Source of the DNA: Eubacteriales bacterium
GTDB taxonomy: Bacteria > Bacillota > Clostridia > Oscillospirales > SIG627
Direction of reading: 5' to 3'
Assembly (NCBI GenBank): GCA_045655865.1
Contig: JAZOQB010000047.1
Coordinates: 1,261-65,260, forward strand
Length of the DNA stretch: 64,000 bases
Below the pieces are notes generated by a model. It was not told where the DNA came from. It did not search any database and worked only from the letters and a program-made list of their open reading frames with translations. The position numbers and the translations under genes are program-made. This document shows, piece after piece, positions 9,609 to 19,244 of this stretch; position 1 is the stretch's first letter; every line of letters begins with the position of its first letter.

Positions 9609-10301
9609 TTATCTGAATATATGGATTTGATTAAAAAAACGAACCAAAAACGTACGACTTAGATCAAAACTTTGAAGAAAAGCGTAATCGCTTCCCCGCA
9701 TTCCGGGCTCCAAAAGAGCTAGAAGTGACGAAAGGAGTACTGCCAAAACCAGGCCCCAAACCGCTCCCACCGCAAGACCGAGAAAGCGATTGGAAAAGTT
9801 TAAAATGGGAAGCCGAGAGATCAGATCCAGCGCTTTTACCAATACCCGAACGGCAATGGTGAACACGATGAAGAGTACCAGAAATGCAACGGCGTTGCCA
9901 ATGGCACCGGCAATGGGATCTACCACAAAATCTGCTACTTTTTCCGCCAACTGTTCCCCGGACTCGGCATGTTCTGCGGCAAAGTCGCGAATCCGTTCCG
10001 CACTGACGCCGTAGCGCTCCAAAACCTCATTGCAGGATTCCGGTAAAGCCGAAAATTCCAAATGCTCCTCTCCGGAACCGGCCTTTTGCTCCAACAGATG
10101 CAAAAAATGGCGATGAAGCGCAGGAGAGAAAAACTCTCTGCTCAAAAAGTTTCCAACGGGACGGAAAAAGAGCGCCGTCAATCCCCAACTGAGCAAACTG
10201 CCTACCAAACCGAAAAACGTTTTGATAAAGCCTCTTCGCTTTCCGATCCACGCACAAAGCACCACAATGGCTATCAGAAGAAGATCACAGATCAGATTCA
10301 T
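9609..10301 (-). CDS. cvpA: CvpA-family membrane protein
   Basis: 230-aa ORF. The N-terminus MNLICDLLLIAIVVLCAWIGKRRGFIKTFFGLVG is typical of colicin V production protein CvpA. Four hydrophobic segments. Confidence 0.8.
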   Translation of the reverse strand: MNLICDLLLIAIVVLCAWIGKRRGFIKTFFGLVGSLLSWGLTALFFRPVGNFLSREFFSPALHRHFLHLLEQKAGSGEEHLEFSALPESCNEVLERYGVSAERIRDFAAEHAESGEQLAEKVADFVVDPIAGAIGNAVAFLVLFIVFTIAVRVLVKALDLISRLPILNFSNRFLGLAVGAVWGLVLAVLLSSLLALLEPGMRGSDYAFLQSFDLSRTFLVRFFNQIHIFR

Positions 10302-10312
10302 AGTGTTTCCCC

Positions 10313-11476
10313 TTAATTAAAAATTCGAATATCCGCCGTGGTCTCTGAGCAAAGGATAATGGTCCGATCTCCCAAAACACCAAAGCTGGAATAATCCCCG
10401 GATAGGCTATATTCCACCATCTCCTCCCCTGCACGAAGGGCGAAGAGACTGGTATGAGTGAGCACGTACACCGTATCTTCCCAAATCTGCACGTCTCGGA
10501 TCTGTACCGAAAACTTCTGAGAAAACACTTCATTTGCCTCCCGGTCAAACACACGGAGGCGAAAGTTTACGCCCACGGAAAGTTCATTTTGAACCACAGC
10601 GCACAGCCGATCCCCATACACTGCCTGACTAAGACTGGATCGGGGAAAGGCGGCAGAGCGAATCTGTTCTCCGGCTTTAATATACTTTAAACTTTCATTG
10701 GTCAAGAGAAGAGTGCCTTTGCGGTCGGTCGAATGGGAAAGAGGCATTTCACCGGAAAAAGCAAAGGAAGAAGATTTGGATTCCTTGCCTAGCTCCAGTT
10801 CAACCAATTCCCCCAGAAGCGCGCCGTTGTCCACACGAATGGCAGATACGGTGAGAATATCGTTATCGGAAAGGTTTGCGTCTACGGCGAATTTATCCGA
10901 AGAAAACCAGGTCTGTATCTCCTGGAAATCCCGATCGTAAACAAAAACCGCCGAATGATAGGATTTTTCCGACGTGACCACGCAAAAATCGCCGTCATCA
11001 TTCACGGAAACCGATTGGATCACATAATCAAAATTCTTTTCGAAAAGAAGAGCAAACGAATTGTACACACGAACCTGATGCCCACCCAGATCGTACACGA
11101 CCAGATATCGATCTGCGCAGACACAAATAGGATGCGTCATGCTGTACCGATCGGTCATAACGGCACTTCCCCGGCGGTCGTACAAAGTGATCCCGCTCCC
11201 GTTCACCAGAGCAAGATCTCCCCGAAAAACGTGAAAGCGGTTGGTAGAATCCGCGTGATAATGGATCTGCGATTCCTGAGAAAAAGCACCCGAGGAAGAA
11301 AAATCCAAGTATTTGATCAAATATCTCACATTTTCCACGGTGATATCGTTTTTAAACAGAACCAACCCGACCAAAAGGAATACGACCAGAACGGTCAGCG
11401 CTATAAACTTATAAAGGCGGTATTCTTTGGCCTTTTTCTCCGACCGGGTATCCGCAGACTTCTCTAACTGGCTCAT
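10313..11476 (-). CDS. Membrane-anchored hypothetical protein (DUF5711-like)
   Basis: 387-aa ORF. Basic N-terminus plus a single TM (FIALTVLVVFLLVGLVLF), then a beta-rich extracytoplasmic domain. The family assignment is from memory only. Confidence 0.7.
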   Translation of the reverse strand: MSQLEKSADTRSEKKAKEYRLYKFIALTVLVVFLLVGLVLFKNDITVENVRYLIKYLDFSSSGAFSQESQIHYHADSTNRFHVFRGDLALVNGSGITLYDRRGSAVMTDRYSMTHPICVCADRYLVVYDLGGHQVRVYNSFALLFEKNFDYVIQSVSVNDDGDFCVVTSEKSYHSAVFVYDRDFQEIQTWFSSDKFAVDANLSDNDILTVSAIRVDNGALLGELVELELGKESKSSSFAFSGEMPLSHSTDRKGTLLLTNESLKYIKAGEQIRSAAFPRSSLSQAVYGDRLCAVVQNELSVGVNFRLRVFDREANEVFSQKFSVQIRDVQIWEDTVYVLTHTSLFALRAGEEMVEYSLSGDYSSFGVLGDRTIILCSETTADIRIFN

Positions 11477-11520
11477 TCGGTCTCCTTATCTTAATTTTAT
11501 ACTTTCTCGGCGGTGTTTAA

Positions 11521-12252
11521 TCAATATTCCACCGTTTCCAGGTAAAGTCCTTGTGGTGGCACGGTGATCCCACCCAGCGTTCGATCTCCTGCGGCTAAAA
11601 GCTCCGGGATGGTCCGATCCAGCTTTCCCAGGTCCGCATAGATCAAAGTCCCTACCATGATGCGAACCATGTTGTATAAAAAGCCGTTGCCGGAGACCAA
11701 AAAATCAATCCGATCCCCTTCACGAAACACCCGAAAAGAGTAGATCTGACGGACGGTATCTTGAATTTTGCTCCCGGAAGCCATGAAGGCCCGAAAGTCG
11801 TGCCGTCCCACAAAATCTTGGGCTACATCATTCATATGTTCTGCGTCCAAAGGAACCGGCCAAAAACCTGCTCGCTTTTCTTCAAAAGGATCTCGGATTC
11901 TCGCATTCCATAGGCGATAGCGATAGGTTTTTCCTTTGCAAGAAAACCGGGCATGAAAACTCGGATCCACCGCCTCCGCCCGTTTGACAGCGATATCACC
12001 GGGAAGAAGGGCGTTGAGGGCCAGCGGAAGCTTTTCCAAAGGAAACGTCTTTTCCAGATCAAAATGGCAGACAAAGGTCTTGGCATGCACTCCGGCATCG
12101 GTTCGGCTGCAGCCAGAGACCGAAATCATTTTTCCAAAAAGCTGGGACAGAGCATTTTGCAAAACGCCCTGTACCGTGACTGCGTTTTCCTGCATTTGCC
12201 AGCCATGAAAAGCTGTGCCGTCATAGGAGAGGGTAAGTTTTATACGAATCAT
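11521..12252 (-). CDS. truA: tRNA pseudouridine(38-40) synthase TruA
   Basis: MIRIKLTLSYDGTAFHGWQ... and the catalytic loop GCSRTDAGVHA. ATG 12252 overlaps the ecfT stop (ATGA). The ORF-track extension to 12402 was rejected. Confidence 0.93.
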   Translation of the reverse strand: MIRIKLTLSYDGTAFHGWQMQENAVTVQGVLQNALSQLFGKMISVSGCSRTDAGVHAKTFVCHFDLEKTFPLEKLPLALNALLPGDIAVKRAEAVDPSFHARFSCKGKTYRYRLWNARIRDPFEEKRAGFWPVPLDAEHMNDVAQDFVGRHDFRAFMASGSKIQDTVRQIYSFRVFREGDRIDFLVSGNGFLYNMVRIMVGTLIYADLGKLDRTIPELLAAGDRTLGGITVPPQGLYLETVEY

Positions 12253-13076
12253 AAGGAGCCCCCAAAGGAAAACGGAATCCATCCAAGAACAAAGATCACG
12301 GCAAAAAGAAGAAGAAACGTAAAAAAGCTTACAACATCTGAAAGGGACAGATGCATCACCTTCATACGGGTCCTGCCTTCTCCTCCGGTGTAACAGCGGC
12401 ACTCCATGGCAACAGCCAGATCCGTGGCTCGGGAAAAGGCGGAAATAAAAAGAGGGATGAGAATCGGCATCAAAGCCTTTGCACGGCGGAAAATACTCCC
12501 GGTCTCAAAGTCGGCACCCCGTGCCTTTTGGGCGTTGATGATCTTTTCCGTCTCCTCTGTCAAAAGAGGGATAAACCGAAGTGTCAGAGACATCATCATA
12601 GCAAACTCATGAACCGGGACCCGTATTTTTTTCAAAGGCAAAAGGAGTCTCTCCAAAGCATCGGTCAGGTCCATGGGGCTGGTGGTATAGGTGAGCAGGA
12701 GACTGGTCCCCATCACCAGCGCGGTAATGCGGATGATCATATAAACGGCGCGCCAGAGACCCTCAGGATAGATATGGAGAAAATAAAAATCCAGCAAAGG
12801 TTTTTCGCCGCCGGTCCAAAACAGATTGATGATTGCAGTAAAGACTGCAATGAAGGCGATTGGCTTCAGACCTTTCAAAATCACCTTAAATGAGATGCCG
12901 GAAAGGGCGATCATGGCGAAAATGAGGATCAATAAATATCCAAAAGAAAGAATGTTTTTTGCAAAAAAGACCGCCACGACAAAAAAGACCATGAGAAGGA
13001 TCTTAAGGCGAGGATCCAATTTGTGAAGGACGCTATTTCCGGGGAAATACTGCCCCAAAGTCATATCTTTCAGCAT
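12249..13076 (-). CDS. ecfT: ECF transporter transmembrane component EcfT
   Basis: 275-aa CbiQ/EcfT-type polytopic protein, immediately downstream of two ECF ATPase genes and upstream of truA (canonical Firmicutes order). Confidence 0.92.
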   Translation of the reverse strand: MLKDMTLGQYFPGNSVLHKLDPRLKILLMVFFVVAVFFAKNILSFGYLLILIFAMIALSGISFKVILKGLKPIAFIAVFTAIINLFWTGGEKPLLDFYFLHIYPEGLWRAVYMIIRITALVMGTSLLLTYTTSPMDLTDALERLLLPLKKIRVPVHEFAMMMSLTLRFIPLLTEETEKIINAQKARGADFETGSIFRRAKALMPILIPLFISAFSRATDLAVAMECRCYTGGEGRTRMKVMHLSLSDVVSFFTFLLLFAVIFVLGWIPFSFGGSL

Positions 13077-13933
13077 CCTCTCCCCTCCTTCCAGAGCCGG
13101 GTCAATTCCAGAACCGCATCCGAAACTGTATGGATCGACGGAGAGACCGGAAGCCCTCGTTCCCTTAAACGTCGCATCAAACCGGTCACTTGAGGAAGCG
13201 CCAGACCGGCGTCCTGAATGGCGTGGGCATTTTGAAACACACGGTCCACGGTATCATGAAGGATGGCACACCCATCTTTTAAAACCACAAGCTCATCTGC
13301 AAAGCGAGCCACGTCTTCCATGCTGTGGGAAATCAGCAAAACCGTTTTGTTTTTTTCTTTTTGGTAACGGCGAAGTCTTCCCAAGATCTCTTCCCTGCCG
13401 CTGGGGTCCAATCCGGCAGCGGGTTCGTCTAAAACGAGGACCTCGGGATCCATTGCCAAAACGCCCGCAATGGCGACCCGTCTCTTCTGGCCGCCGGAAA
13501 GTTCAAAGGGTGACTTTTCCATCCAAAAGTCCTCTACCCCGGCAAAATGGGCGGCATCCCGTACCAAAGCTTGAATCTCTTCTTGACTTTTTCCCATGTT
13601 CTTTGGGCCAAAGGCAATATCACGGTACACCGTTTCCTCAAAAAGCTGATATTCGGGATACTGAAACACCAATCCCACGCGAAACCGGTACGAAACCAGC
13701 TTTTTGGGATCGGAAAAAAGATCCTCTCCGTCCAAAAGGACACGGCCGGAGGTAGGTTTTAAAATTCCATTCAATAACTGCGCCAGAGTGCTCTTTCCTG
13801 ATCCGGTATGTCCGATAATGCCCGTAAGACGCCCCGGCGTGAAAACCAGATCCAAATCTTTCAGGGCAGTTTTTTCAAAGGGGGTATCCGGACCGTAGAG
13901 ATAGGAAATCCGTTCCAGTTTGATTTCTGCCAT
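13070..13933 (-). CDS. ecfA2: ECF transporter ATPase EcfA2
   Basis: Walker A GHTGSGKST, signature LSGGQKRR, Walker B LVLDEP. ATG 13933 sits 1 nt after the ecfA1 stop. The track start at 13948 is a TTG inside ecfA1. Confidence 0.92.
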   Translation of the reverse strand: MAEIKLERISYLYGPDTPFEKTALKDLDLVFTPGRLTGIIGHTGSGKSTLAQLLNGILKPTSGRVLLDGEDLFSDPKKLVSYRFRVGLVFQYPEYQLFEETVYRDIAFGPKNMGKSQEEIQALVRDAAHFAGVEDFWMEKSPFELSGGQKRRVAIAGVLAMDPEVLVLDEPAAGLDPSGREEILGRLRRYQKEKNKTVLLISHSMEDVARFADELVVLKDGCAILHDTVDRVFQNAHAIQDAGLALPQVTGLMRRLRERGLPVSPSIHTVSDAVLELTRLWKEGRGC

Positions 13934-13934
13934 G

Positions 13935-14807
13935 TTACTCTTTTCCAAACAAAGTGATAAGAAAATCCGCCGCTTCTTCTTCGCTTAAGACCCCTGCGGG
14001 GAAGCGGACGTTTTCAAAAGCTCTTTCCTGAGAAAGCAAGTAGATCAATTCCGTTACCTGGGGAGCGTCCAGACCGGTGGAATGAAGGAGAGGTACGTCT
14101 GAAAAAATCTCTTTGGGAGATCCGTCTCGGATCACGCTTCCCTCTTCCATTACCACCACTCGCTCCGCCTGGGCCGCTTCATCCATGTGGTGCGTGATCA
14201 AAACGATAGTAATGTTTTCTTCCCGGTGAAGCCGGAGAATGGTCTCCATGATCTCCCGCCTTCCCTGAGGATCCAGCATGGCGGTAGATTCATCAAACAA
14301 AATGCATTCCGGCTTCATAGCCAGAATTCCGGCAATGGCGATCCTCTGCTTCTGTCCGCCGGACAGCTTATTGGGAGAATGACGGGCAAACGCCTCCATC
14401 CCCACAGTACGAAGGGCATGATCTACACGGCTACGGATCTGCACAGGGTCGACACCGAGATTTTCCGGACCGAAGGCCACATCCTCTTCCACAAGGTTTG
14501 ATACCAATTGGTTATCTGGATTTTGGAATACCATTCCAACTTTCCGTCGAATGGAGACAAGATTTTCTTCTTCTGCGGTATTCATCCCCGCAACCGTAAC
14601 CTGCCCGGAGCTTGGTAAAAGGATGCCATTGAACAGTTTTACCAGGGTGCTTTTTCCACTTCCGTTTCGACCTAGGATAGCCACAAAACTTCCCTTTTCG
14701 ATCTCCAGGGTCACATTTTTTACCGCGGCGGAATTTTCCCGATTCTCTTCCGACTCGTAGCGAAAGGAAACGTCTTTACAAGAAATGATTGGTTCAGGCT
14801 TCAACAA
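13935..14807 (-). CDS. ecfA1: ECF transporter ATPase EcfA1
   Basis: Walker A GRNGSGKST, LSGGQKQR, ILFDES. There is no in-frame ATG near the N-terminus. The likely TTG start is at 14807 or 14804, just after AAGGAG. The exact start is uncertain. Confidence 0.88.
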   Translation of the reverse strand: MLKPEPIISCKDVSFRYESEENRENSAAVKNVTLEIEKGSFVAILGRNGSGKSTLVKLFNGILLPSSGQVTVAGMNTAEEENLVSIRRKVGMVFQNPDNQLVSNLVEEDVAFGPENLGVDPVQIRSRVDHALRTVGMEAFARHSPNKLSGGQKQRIAIAGILAMKPECILFDESTAMLDPQGRREIMETILRLHREENITIVLITHHMDEAAQAERVVVMEEGSVIRDGSPKEIFSDVPLLHSTGLDAPQVTELIYLLSQERAFENVRFPAGVLSEEEAADFLITLFGKE

Positions 14808-15684
14808 TGGACTCCTTTTCCCAACGAGTAGCAAAGCCGCAAGGCAGGCACATTCCGGTGGTTTTCACCAAAAGACCTACCTCGTCGGAGGCGATGTGTC
14901 CCCCGAAACGGCGGCAAACCTCTTCGTTGACAAGATAAGAAACTGCACTGCCGGAAAGTCCGGTGGTGTAAGAATTGACCAGGTAAAACAGGGGATCTTC
15001 ACTCAAGATGGAAGCAGTTTGTGAAATGAGCGTATGGATGCTATCCTCAAGATGCCACATTTCCCCTTTTGGCCCTCTCCCGTAAGAGGGAGGATCCATA
15101 ATGATCCCGTCGTAGCGATTGCCGCGGCGAGCTTCTCTCTGAACAAATTTTAAGGCGTCGTCAACCAAGTATCGGCAAGGCGCGTTCTCCATGCCGGAAA
15201 GGCGCATGTTTTCCCGGGCCATAGAAACCATGTTTTTTGCCGCGTCCACGTGACACACGCTGGCACCTCCCGCAGCTGCGGCAAGGCTGGCTCCCCCGGT
15301 ATAGGCAAAAAGGTTAAGAACCCGGACCTCTTTTCCTTCTCTGCGCCGCTTTTCACAAAGTCTGCGGATCCAGCGCCAATTGGCAGCCTGCTCCGGAAAA
15401 ACACCGGTGTGCTTAAAACCCATGGGTTTTACGCAGAAAGAAAAATCTGCGATCTGGCAAGTCCAATTTTCCGGAAGCTCATTTTTACTCCACGATCCGC
15501 CTCCGGCACTGCTGCGGGAATAAGCGGCGTGAGCATGCTTCCAGGCAGGATGACGGCGAAGACCCTTCCAGATCACCTGGGGGTCGGGACGAATGAGAAT
15601 ATAATTTCCCCAACGCTCCAGCCGTTGTCCGTCAGAAGCGTCCAAGAGTTCATAGTCCCCTAAATCTTCAACATACCACATCAC
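14794..15684 (-). CDS. Class I SAM-dependent (rRNA-type, RlmI/YwbD-like) methyltransferase
   Basis: 296-aa ORF. SAM-binding [16 protein letters not shown] and [13 protein letters not shown] motifs. Overlaps the ruvB stop by 4 nt. Confidence 0.8.
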   Translation of the reverse strand: MMWYVEDLGDYELLDASDGQRLERWGNYILIRPDPQVIWKGLRRHPAWKHAHAAYSRSSAGGGSWSKNELPENWTCQIADFSFCVKPMGFKHTGVFPEQAANWRWIRRLCEKRRREGKEVRVLNLFAYTGGASLAAAAGGASVCHVDAAKNMVSMARENMRLSGMENAPCRYLVDDALKFVQREARRGNRYDGIIMDPPSYGRGPKGEMWHLEDSIHTLISQTASILSEDPLFYLVNSYTTGLSGSAVSYLVNEEVCRRFGGHIASDEVGLLVKTTGMCLPCGFATRWEKESIVEA

Positions 15685-16763
15685 ATTTCTCCCCCATCTT
15701 CCAAGCCTTCCATGACGATCTGACCCGCAACGCTAGGCTGGGAAAAGCCAAGGTGACGATAAGCGTGAGGGGTGGCACAGCGCCCCCGAGGAGTCCGAGA
15801 AAGAAATCCTATCTGCATCAAATACGGCTCATACACGTCCTCAATGGTCACAGACTCTTCTCCAATGGTAGCAGAAAGAGTCTCCAAGCCAACAGGTCCG
15901 CCGGAAAAATTGCGAATAATGGCGGTGAGGAGTTTGCGGTCAATGTTATCCAGCCCCAAGGCATCTACTTCCAGACGGTCCAGAGCCATTTTGGAAATAT
16001 CTTCGGTGATGACTCCATTCCCTTTCACCATGGCAAAATCCCGAACTCTCTTCAACAGGCGATTGGCGATTCGGGGAGTCCCACGGCTTCTGGCGGCAAT
16101 TTCCAAAGCTCCCTGGGGTTCTATGTCGATCCCTAAAATGCCCGCCGAGCGGGACACGATGGTAGACAGTTCTTTTTGGGTATAGGGCTCAAGGCGCATC
16201 AGCATCCCGAATCGATCCCGCAAAGGAGAAGAAAGAGATCCGGCACGGGTGGTGGCACCAATGAGCGTGAACTTTTCCAAAGGGATCCGTATGCTTCTGG
16301 CGGCCGGCCCCTGACCCATGATGATGTCCAAAGCAAAATCTTCCATGGCCGGATACAAAATTTCCTCTACGGCGCGGGAAAGACGGTGGATCTCATCTAT
16401 AAAAAGCACATCTCCCGGAGAAAGGGAGGAAAGGATTGCGGCAAGATCCCCGGGCTTTTCAATGGCCGGCCCGGAAGTGATCTTGATGCCTACGCCCATT
16501 TCATTGGCAATGATGTGGGATAGCGTGGTTTTTCCCAGTCCCGGAGGACCGTAGAGCAAAATATGGTCCAAGGCCTCACCGCGAAGCTTTGCCGCTTGGA
16601 TAAAGACCTTGAGGTTTTCTTTGATTTTTTCCTGTCCGATGTAGTCGGAAAGGATCTTTGGGCGAAGGGCATTTTCTTCCCCGCCTTCCTCTGCGGCATC
16701 GGCAGGAGTAAAGTTTGCGGAGACGATGCGGTTTTCAAAATCGGTTTCGAAGTCCTGCGTCAT
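15681..16763 (-). CDS. ruvB: Holliday junction branch-migration helicase RuvB
   Basis: Walker [10 protein letters not shown], Walker [10 protein letters not shown], RuvB C-terminal winged helix. 360 aa. Confidence 0.97.
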   Translation of the reverse strand: MTQDFETDFENRIVSANFTPADAAEEGGEENALRPKILSDYIGQEKIKENLKVFIQAAKLRGEALDHILLYGPPGLGKTTLSHIIANEMGVGIKITSGPAIEKPGDLAAILSSLSPGDVLFIDEIHRLSRAVEEILYPAMEDFALDIIMGQGPAARSIRIPLEKFTLIGATTRAGSLSSPLRDRFGMLMRLEPYTQKELSTIVSRSAGILGIDIEPQGALEIAARSRGTPRIANRLLKRVRDFAMVKGNGVITEDISKMALDRLEVDALGLDNIDRKLLTAIIRNFSGGPVGLETLSATIGEESVTIEDVYEPYLMQIGFLSRTPRGRCATPHAYRHLGFSQPSVAGQIVMEGLEDGGEM

Positions 16764-16767
16764 GATT

Positions 16768-17367
16768 TCAAGCTCCTATGGATTTCAAAGCGAGACGAAT
16801 CAGTTCCTGAATGCCCTTGGCCTTATCGGCCACCCCACGCACAGCGGCGGAAGCGGTAGGATAAGGATATCCCAAAACCACCAGGGCGTTAATGGCTTCG
16901 GAAAGATCTGTGGCCGGGGCGGCAACAGAAGAAACAGAGACCGTTTCCGAGCCAACACCTTTTGCAACTTTATCTTTCAGTTCCAAAAGTATCTTTTGCG
17001 CCATTTTCATTCCTACACCCTGAGCGGCGGTGATGGACTTTGCATCTCCGGAAAGGATGCACATGCAAAGCTCCTCCGGATCCAGCGCTGACAGAATGGC
17101 AATGGCAGCTTTGGGACCGATTCCGGAAATGTCGATCAAAAGGTTGAAAATTTCTCTCTCCCGTGTGGTAGCAAAGCCGTAAAGCTCCATCACGGACCGA
17201 TCACCGGATCCCACGTTCAGATGGGTATAAACCTTCACTTCTTTCTGTCCGGAAAAGCGAGCTGCGCTTTTGGCGGAAACGATCAAACTCCAACCGATTC
17301 CATGGGTATCCACCACACATCTGCCTTGGCCGAGAAAAGAAAGAGTACCGGAGAGATAATCGAACAT
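16768..17367 (-). CDS. ruvA: Holliday junction DNA-binding protein RuvA
   Basis: MFDYLSGTL... OB fold, two HhH motifs ([18 protein letters not shown]) and domain III. 199 aa, between ruvC and ruvB. Confidence 0.95.
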   Translation of the reverse strand: MFDYLSGTLSFLGQGRCVVDTHGIGWSLIVSAKSAARFSGQKEVKVYTHLNVGSGDRSVMELYGFATTREREIFNLLIDISGIGPKAAIAILSALDPEELCMCILSGDAKSITAAQGVGMKMAQKILLELKDKVAKGVGSETVSVSSVAAPATDLSEAINALVVLGYPYPTASAAVRGVADKAKGIQELIRLALKSIGA

Positions 17368-17892
17368 TTACTTTCCTCCTGTTTTTTTGGAGTCCGCCAG
17401 GGTTTGTATCCGAGCGATCTTATTGGATGAGCGGTAAAGATGGGTCAGCGCAATGGCCAGAGCATCCGCTGCGTCATCCGGACGAGGCACCCCGGGAAGA
17501 TGAAAGAGAATTCGAATCATTTCCATCACCTGGCGTTTTTCGGCTCTTCCGTAGCCAACCACGGACTGTTTGACCTGCAAAGGGGTGTATTCAAAAATCG
17601 GGATCCCGCGCTCCTCTGCTGCAAGCAATATCACTCCCCGCGCCTGGGCGACGTTGATCACGGTCTTTTGGTTATTGGCAAAGAAGAGCTCCTCAATGGC
17701 CAGAGCATCCGGTCTGTACTTTTCAATGAGGTACACGACACTATCATGGACATGGCGTATCCGAGCTTCTACTCTCTGCCCTTTTTCCGTTTCGATCACA
17801 CCGCAATCCACATACTCAAAGCGATCCTTTTCCTTGCGGCATACCCCGTATCCCGTGGTCGCGATTCCCGGATCGATCCCCAATATTATCAT
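17368..17892 (-). CDS. ruvC: Crossover junction endodeoxyribonuclease RuvC
   Basis: MIILGIDPGIATTGYG... RNase-H-like fold with the catalytic D/E pattern. The stop abuts the ruvA start. Confidence 0.93.
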   Translation of the reverse strand: MIILGIDPGIATTGYGVCRKEKDRFEYVDCGVIETEKGQRVEARIRHVHDSVVYLIEKYRPDALAIEELFFANNQKTVINVAQARGVILLAAEERGIPIFEYTPLQVKQSVVGYGRAEKRQVMEMIRILFHLPGVPRPDDAADALAIALTHLYRSSNKIARIQTLADSKKTGGK

Positions 17893-17954
17893 CTTTCCCG
17901 CCTTAAATCTCGTCTAGGTCAATATAAATCCACTGTAATTTCTATTATTATAAT

Positions 17955-17983
17955 ATCTTACCATAAAAAGCCTGGGAAGTCAA
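17955..17983 (-). promoter_or_regulatory. Predicted sigma-A promoter of the ruvC-led gene array
   Basis: Minus strand: -35 TTGACT (17983-17978), 17-nt spacer, TGg-extended -10 TAAGAT (17960-17955). Confidence 0.45.
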
Positions 17984-18141
17984 TTCTATCCGCACGATTT
18001 TTCTCCGTAAATCTCAAGGTTTTAAAAAGCCACAGGATCCCTCTTGTGATTTTTCACGCACTCTTCCCCCAAAGGGGAGCGACCCCCGAAAAAACTGAGT
18101 ATTTTAGCTGTCAAAAAATCGGGAAAATTCCGATTTCTCCC

Positions 18142-18170
18142 TTGACAGAGAAAATGGCGCATGCTACAAT
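18142..18170 (+). promoter_or_regulatory. Predicted strong sigma-A promoter of fba
   Basis: -35 TTGACA (18142-18147), exactly 17-nt spacer, -10 TACAAT (18165-18170). AAGGAG at 18205-18210 precedes the ATG at 18220. Confidence 0.75.
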
Positions 18171-18219
18171 AAATTGATTGTTGGAATGACAATAATAAAA
18201 ATATAAGGAGATCAAAACT

Positions 18220-19191
18220 ATGGCACTTGTCACGACAAAAGAAATGTTTGAAAAGGCCTACAACGGTGGTTATGCCGTAGGCGCTTTCAACGTAAACAAC
18301 ATGGAGATCGTTCAAGGCATTACCGAGGCTTGCAAAGAAGAAAACGCCCCTGTTATCCTTCAGGTTTCCAAGGGAGCTCGCGCTTACGCCAACCACACTT
18401 ATCTTGTCAAGTTGGTTGAAGCTGCCGTGCTGGAATGCCCCGAGATTCCCGTAGCTCTTCACCTGGACCACGGCGACAGCTTCGAGACTTGCAAATCCTG
18501 CATTGACGGCGGTTTTACCTCCGTTATGATCGACGCTTCCTCCAAATCCTTTGAAGAAAACATTGAGATCACCAAGAAAGTGGTTGAATATGCACACGCT
18601 CACGGCGTTGTGGTAGAAGCAGAGCTGGGTAGCCTTGCCGGAATCGAGGATGAGGTAAACGTTTCCTCTGAGAACGCTTCTTACACCCGTCCCGAGGAAG
18701 TGGAAGAATTCGTTTCCAGAACCGGTTGTGACTCTCTTGCCATTGCCATCGGTACCAGCCACGGCGCTTACAAATTCACCCCCGAGCAGTGCACCCGCAA
18801 CGCTGAGGGTATTCTGGTTCCCCCGCCCCTGCGCTTTGACGTTTTGGAAGAAGTAACTCGCCGCTTGCCCGGCTTCCCCATCGTACTTCACGGTTCTTCT
18901 TCCGTTCCTCAGAACTACGTTTCTATGGTCAACGCCCACGGCGGCAAAATGCCCAACGCCATCGGTGTTCCCGAAGAGCAGCTGCGCAAGGCCGCTTCCC
19001 TTTCCGTATGCAAAATCAACATTGACTCCGACCTGCGTCTTGCTATGACCGGTACCGTCCGTGAGTTCTTCGACGCTCACCCCGACAAGTTTGACCCCAG
19101 AGAATATCTCAAGCCCGCAAGAGCCAACATCAAAGAGCTTGTTCGTCACAAGCTGATCAACGTTCTGGGCTGCGCCGGCAAAGCAAAATAA
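18220..19191 (+). CDS. fba: Class II fructose-1,6-bisphosphate aldolase
   Basis: 323-aa ORF. MALVTTKEMFEKAYNGGYAVGAFNVNNME..., Zn ligands in LHLDHG and GTSHGAYK. Confidence 0.96.
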   Translation: MALVTTKEMFEKAYNGGYAVGAFNVNNMEIVQGITEACKEENAPVILQVSKGARAYANHTYLVKLVEAAVLECPEIPVALHLDHGDSFETCKSCIDGGFTSVMIDASSKSFEENIEITKKVVEYAHAHGVVVEAELGSLAGIEDEVNVSSENASYTRPEEVEEFVSRTGCDSLAIAIGTSHGAYKFTPEQCTRNAEGILVPPPLRFDVLEEVTRRLPGFPIVLHGSSSVPQNYVSMVNAHGGKMPNAIGVPEEQLRKAASLSVCKINIDSDLRLAMTGTVREFFDAHPDKFDPREYLKPARANIKELVRHKLINVLGCAGKAK

Positions 19192-19209
19192 GCCAATTTC
19201 TCAGAATTT

Positions 19210-19244
19210 AAAACGGCACGAGGAAACATCCTCGTGCCGTTTTC
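19210..19244. terminator. Bidirectional intrinsic terminator (fba / convergent methyltransferase gene)
   Basis: 11-bp stem ACGGCACGAGG (19213-19223) / CCTCGTGCCGT (19230-19240), flanked by AAA on the 5' side and TTTT on the 3' side. Confidence 0.85.

Noticed and set aside
17893-18141. An SOS (LexA/Cheo box, CGAACnnnnGTTCG) operator upstream of ruvCAB, and a possible sRNA in the 327-nt divergent region
   Set aside because: No Cheo-box-like palindrome was found. Only short hairpins without U-runs are present. The region is adequately explained by two divergent promoters.
18022-19149. A 375-aa minus-strand ORF antisense to fba
   Set aside because: Same explanation as for ppdK. fba is unambiguous on the plus strand with a consensus promoter and RBS. 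The antisense product is Gly/Val-rich with no motif and starts inside the fba promoter region.
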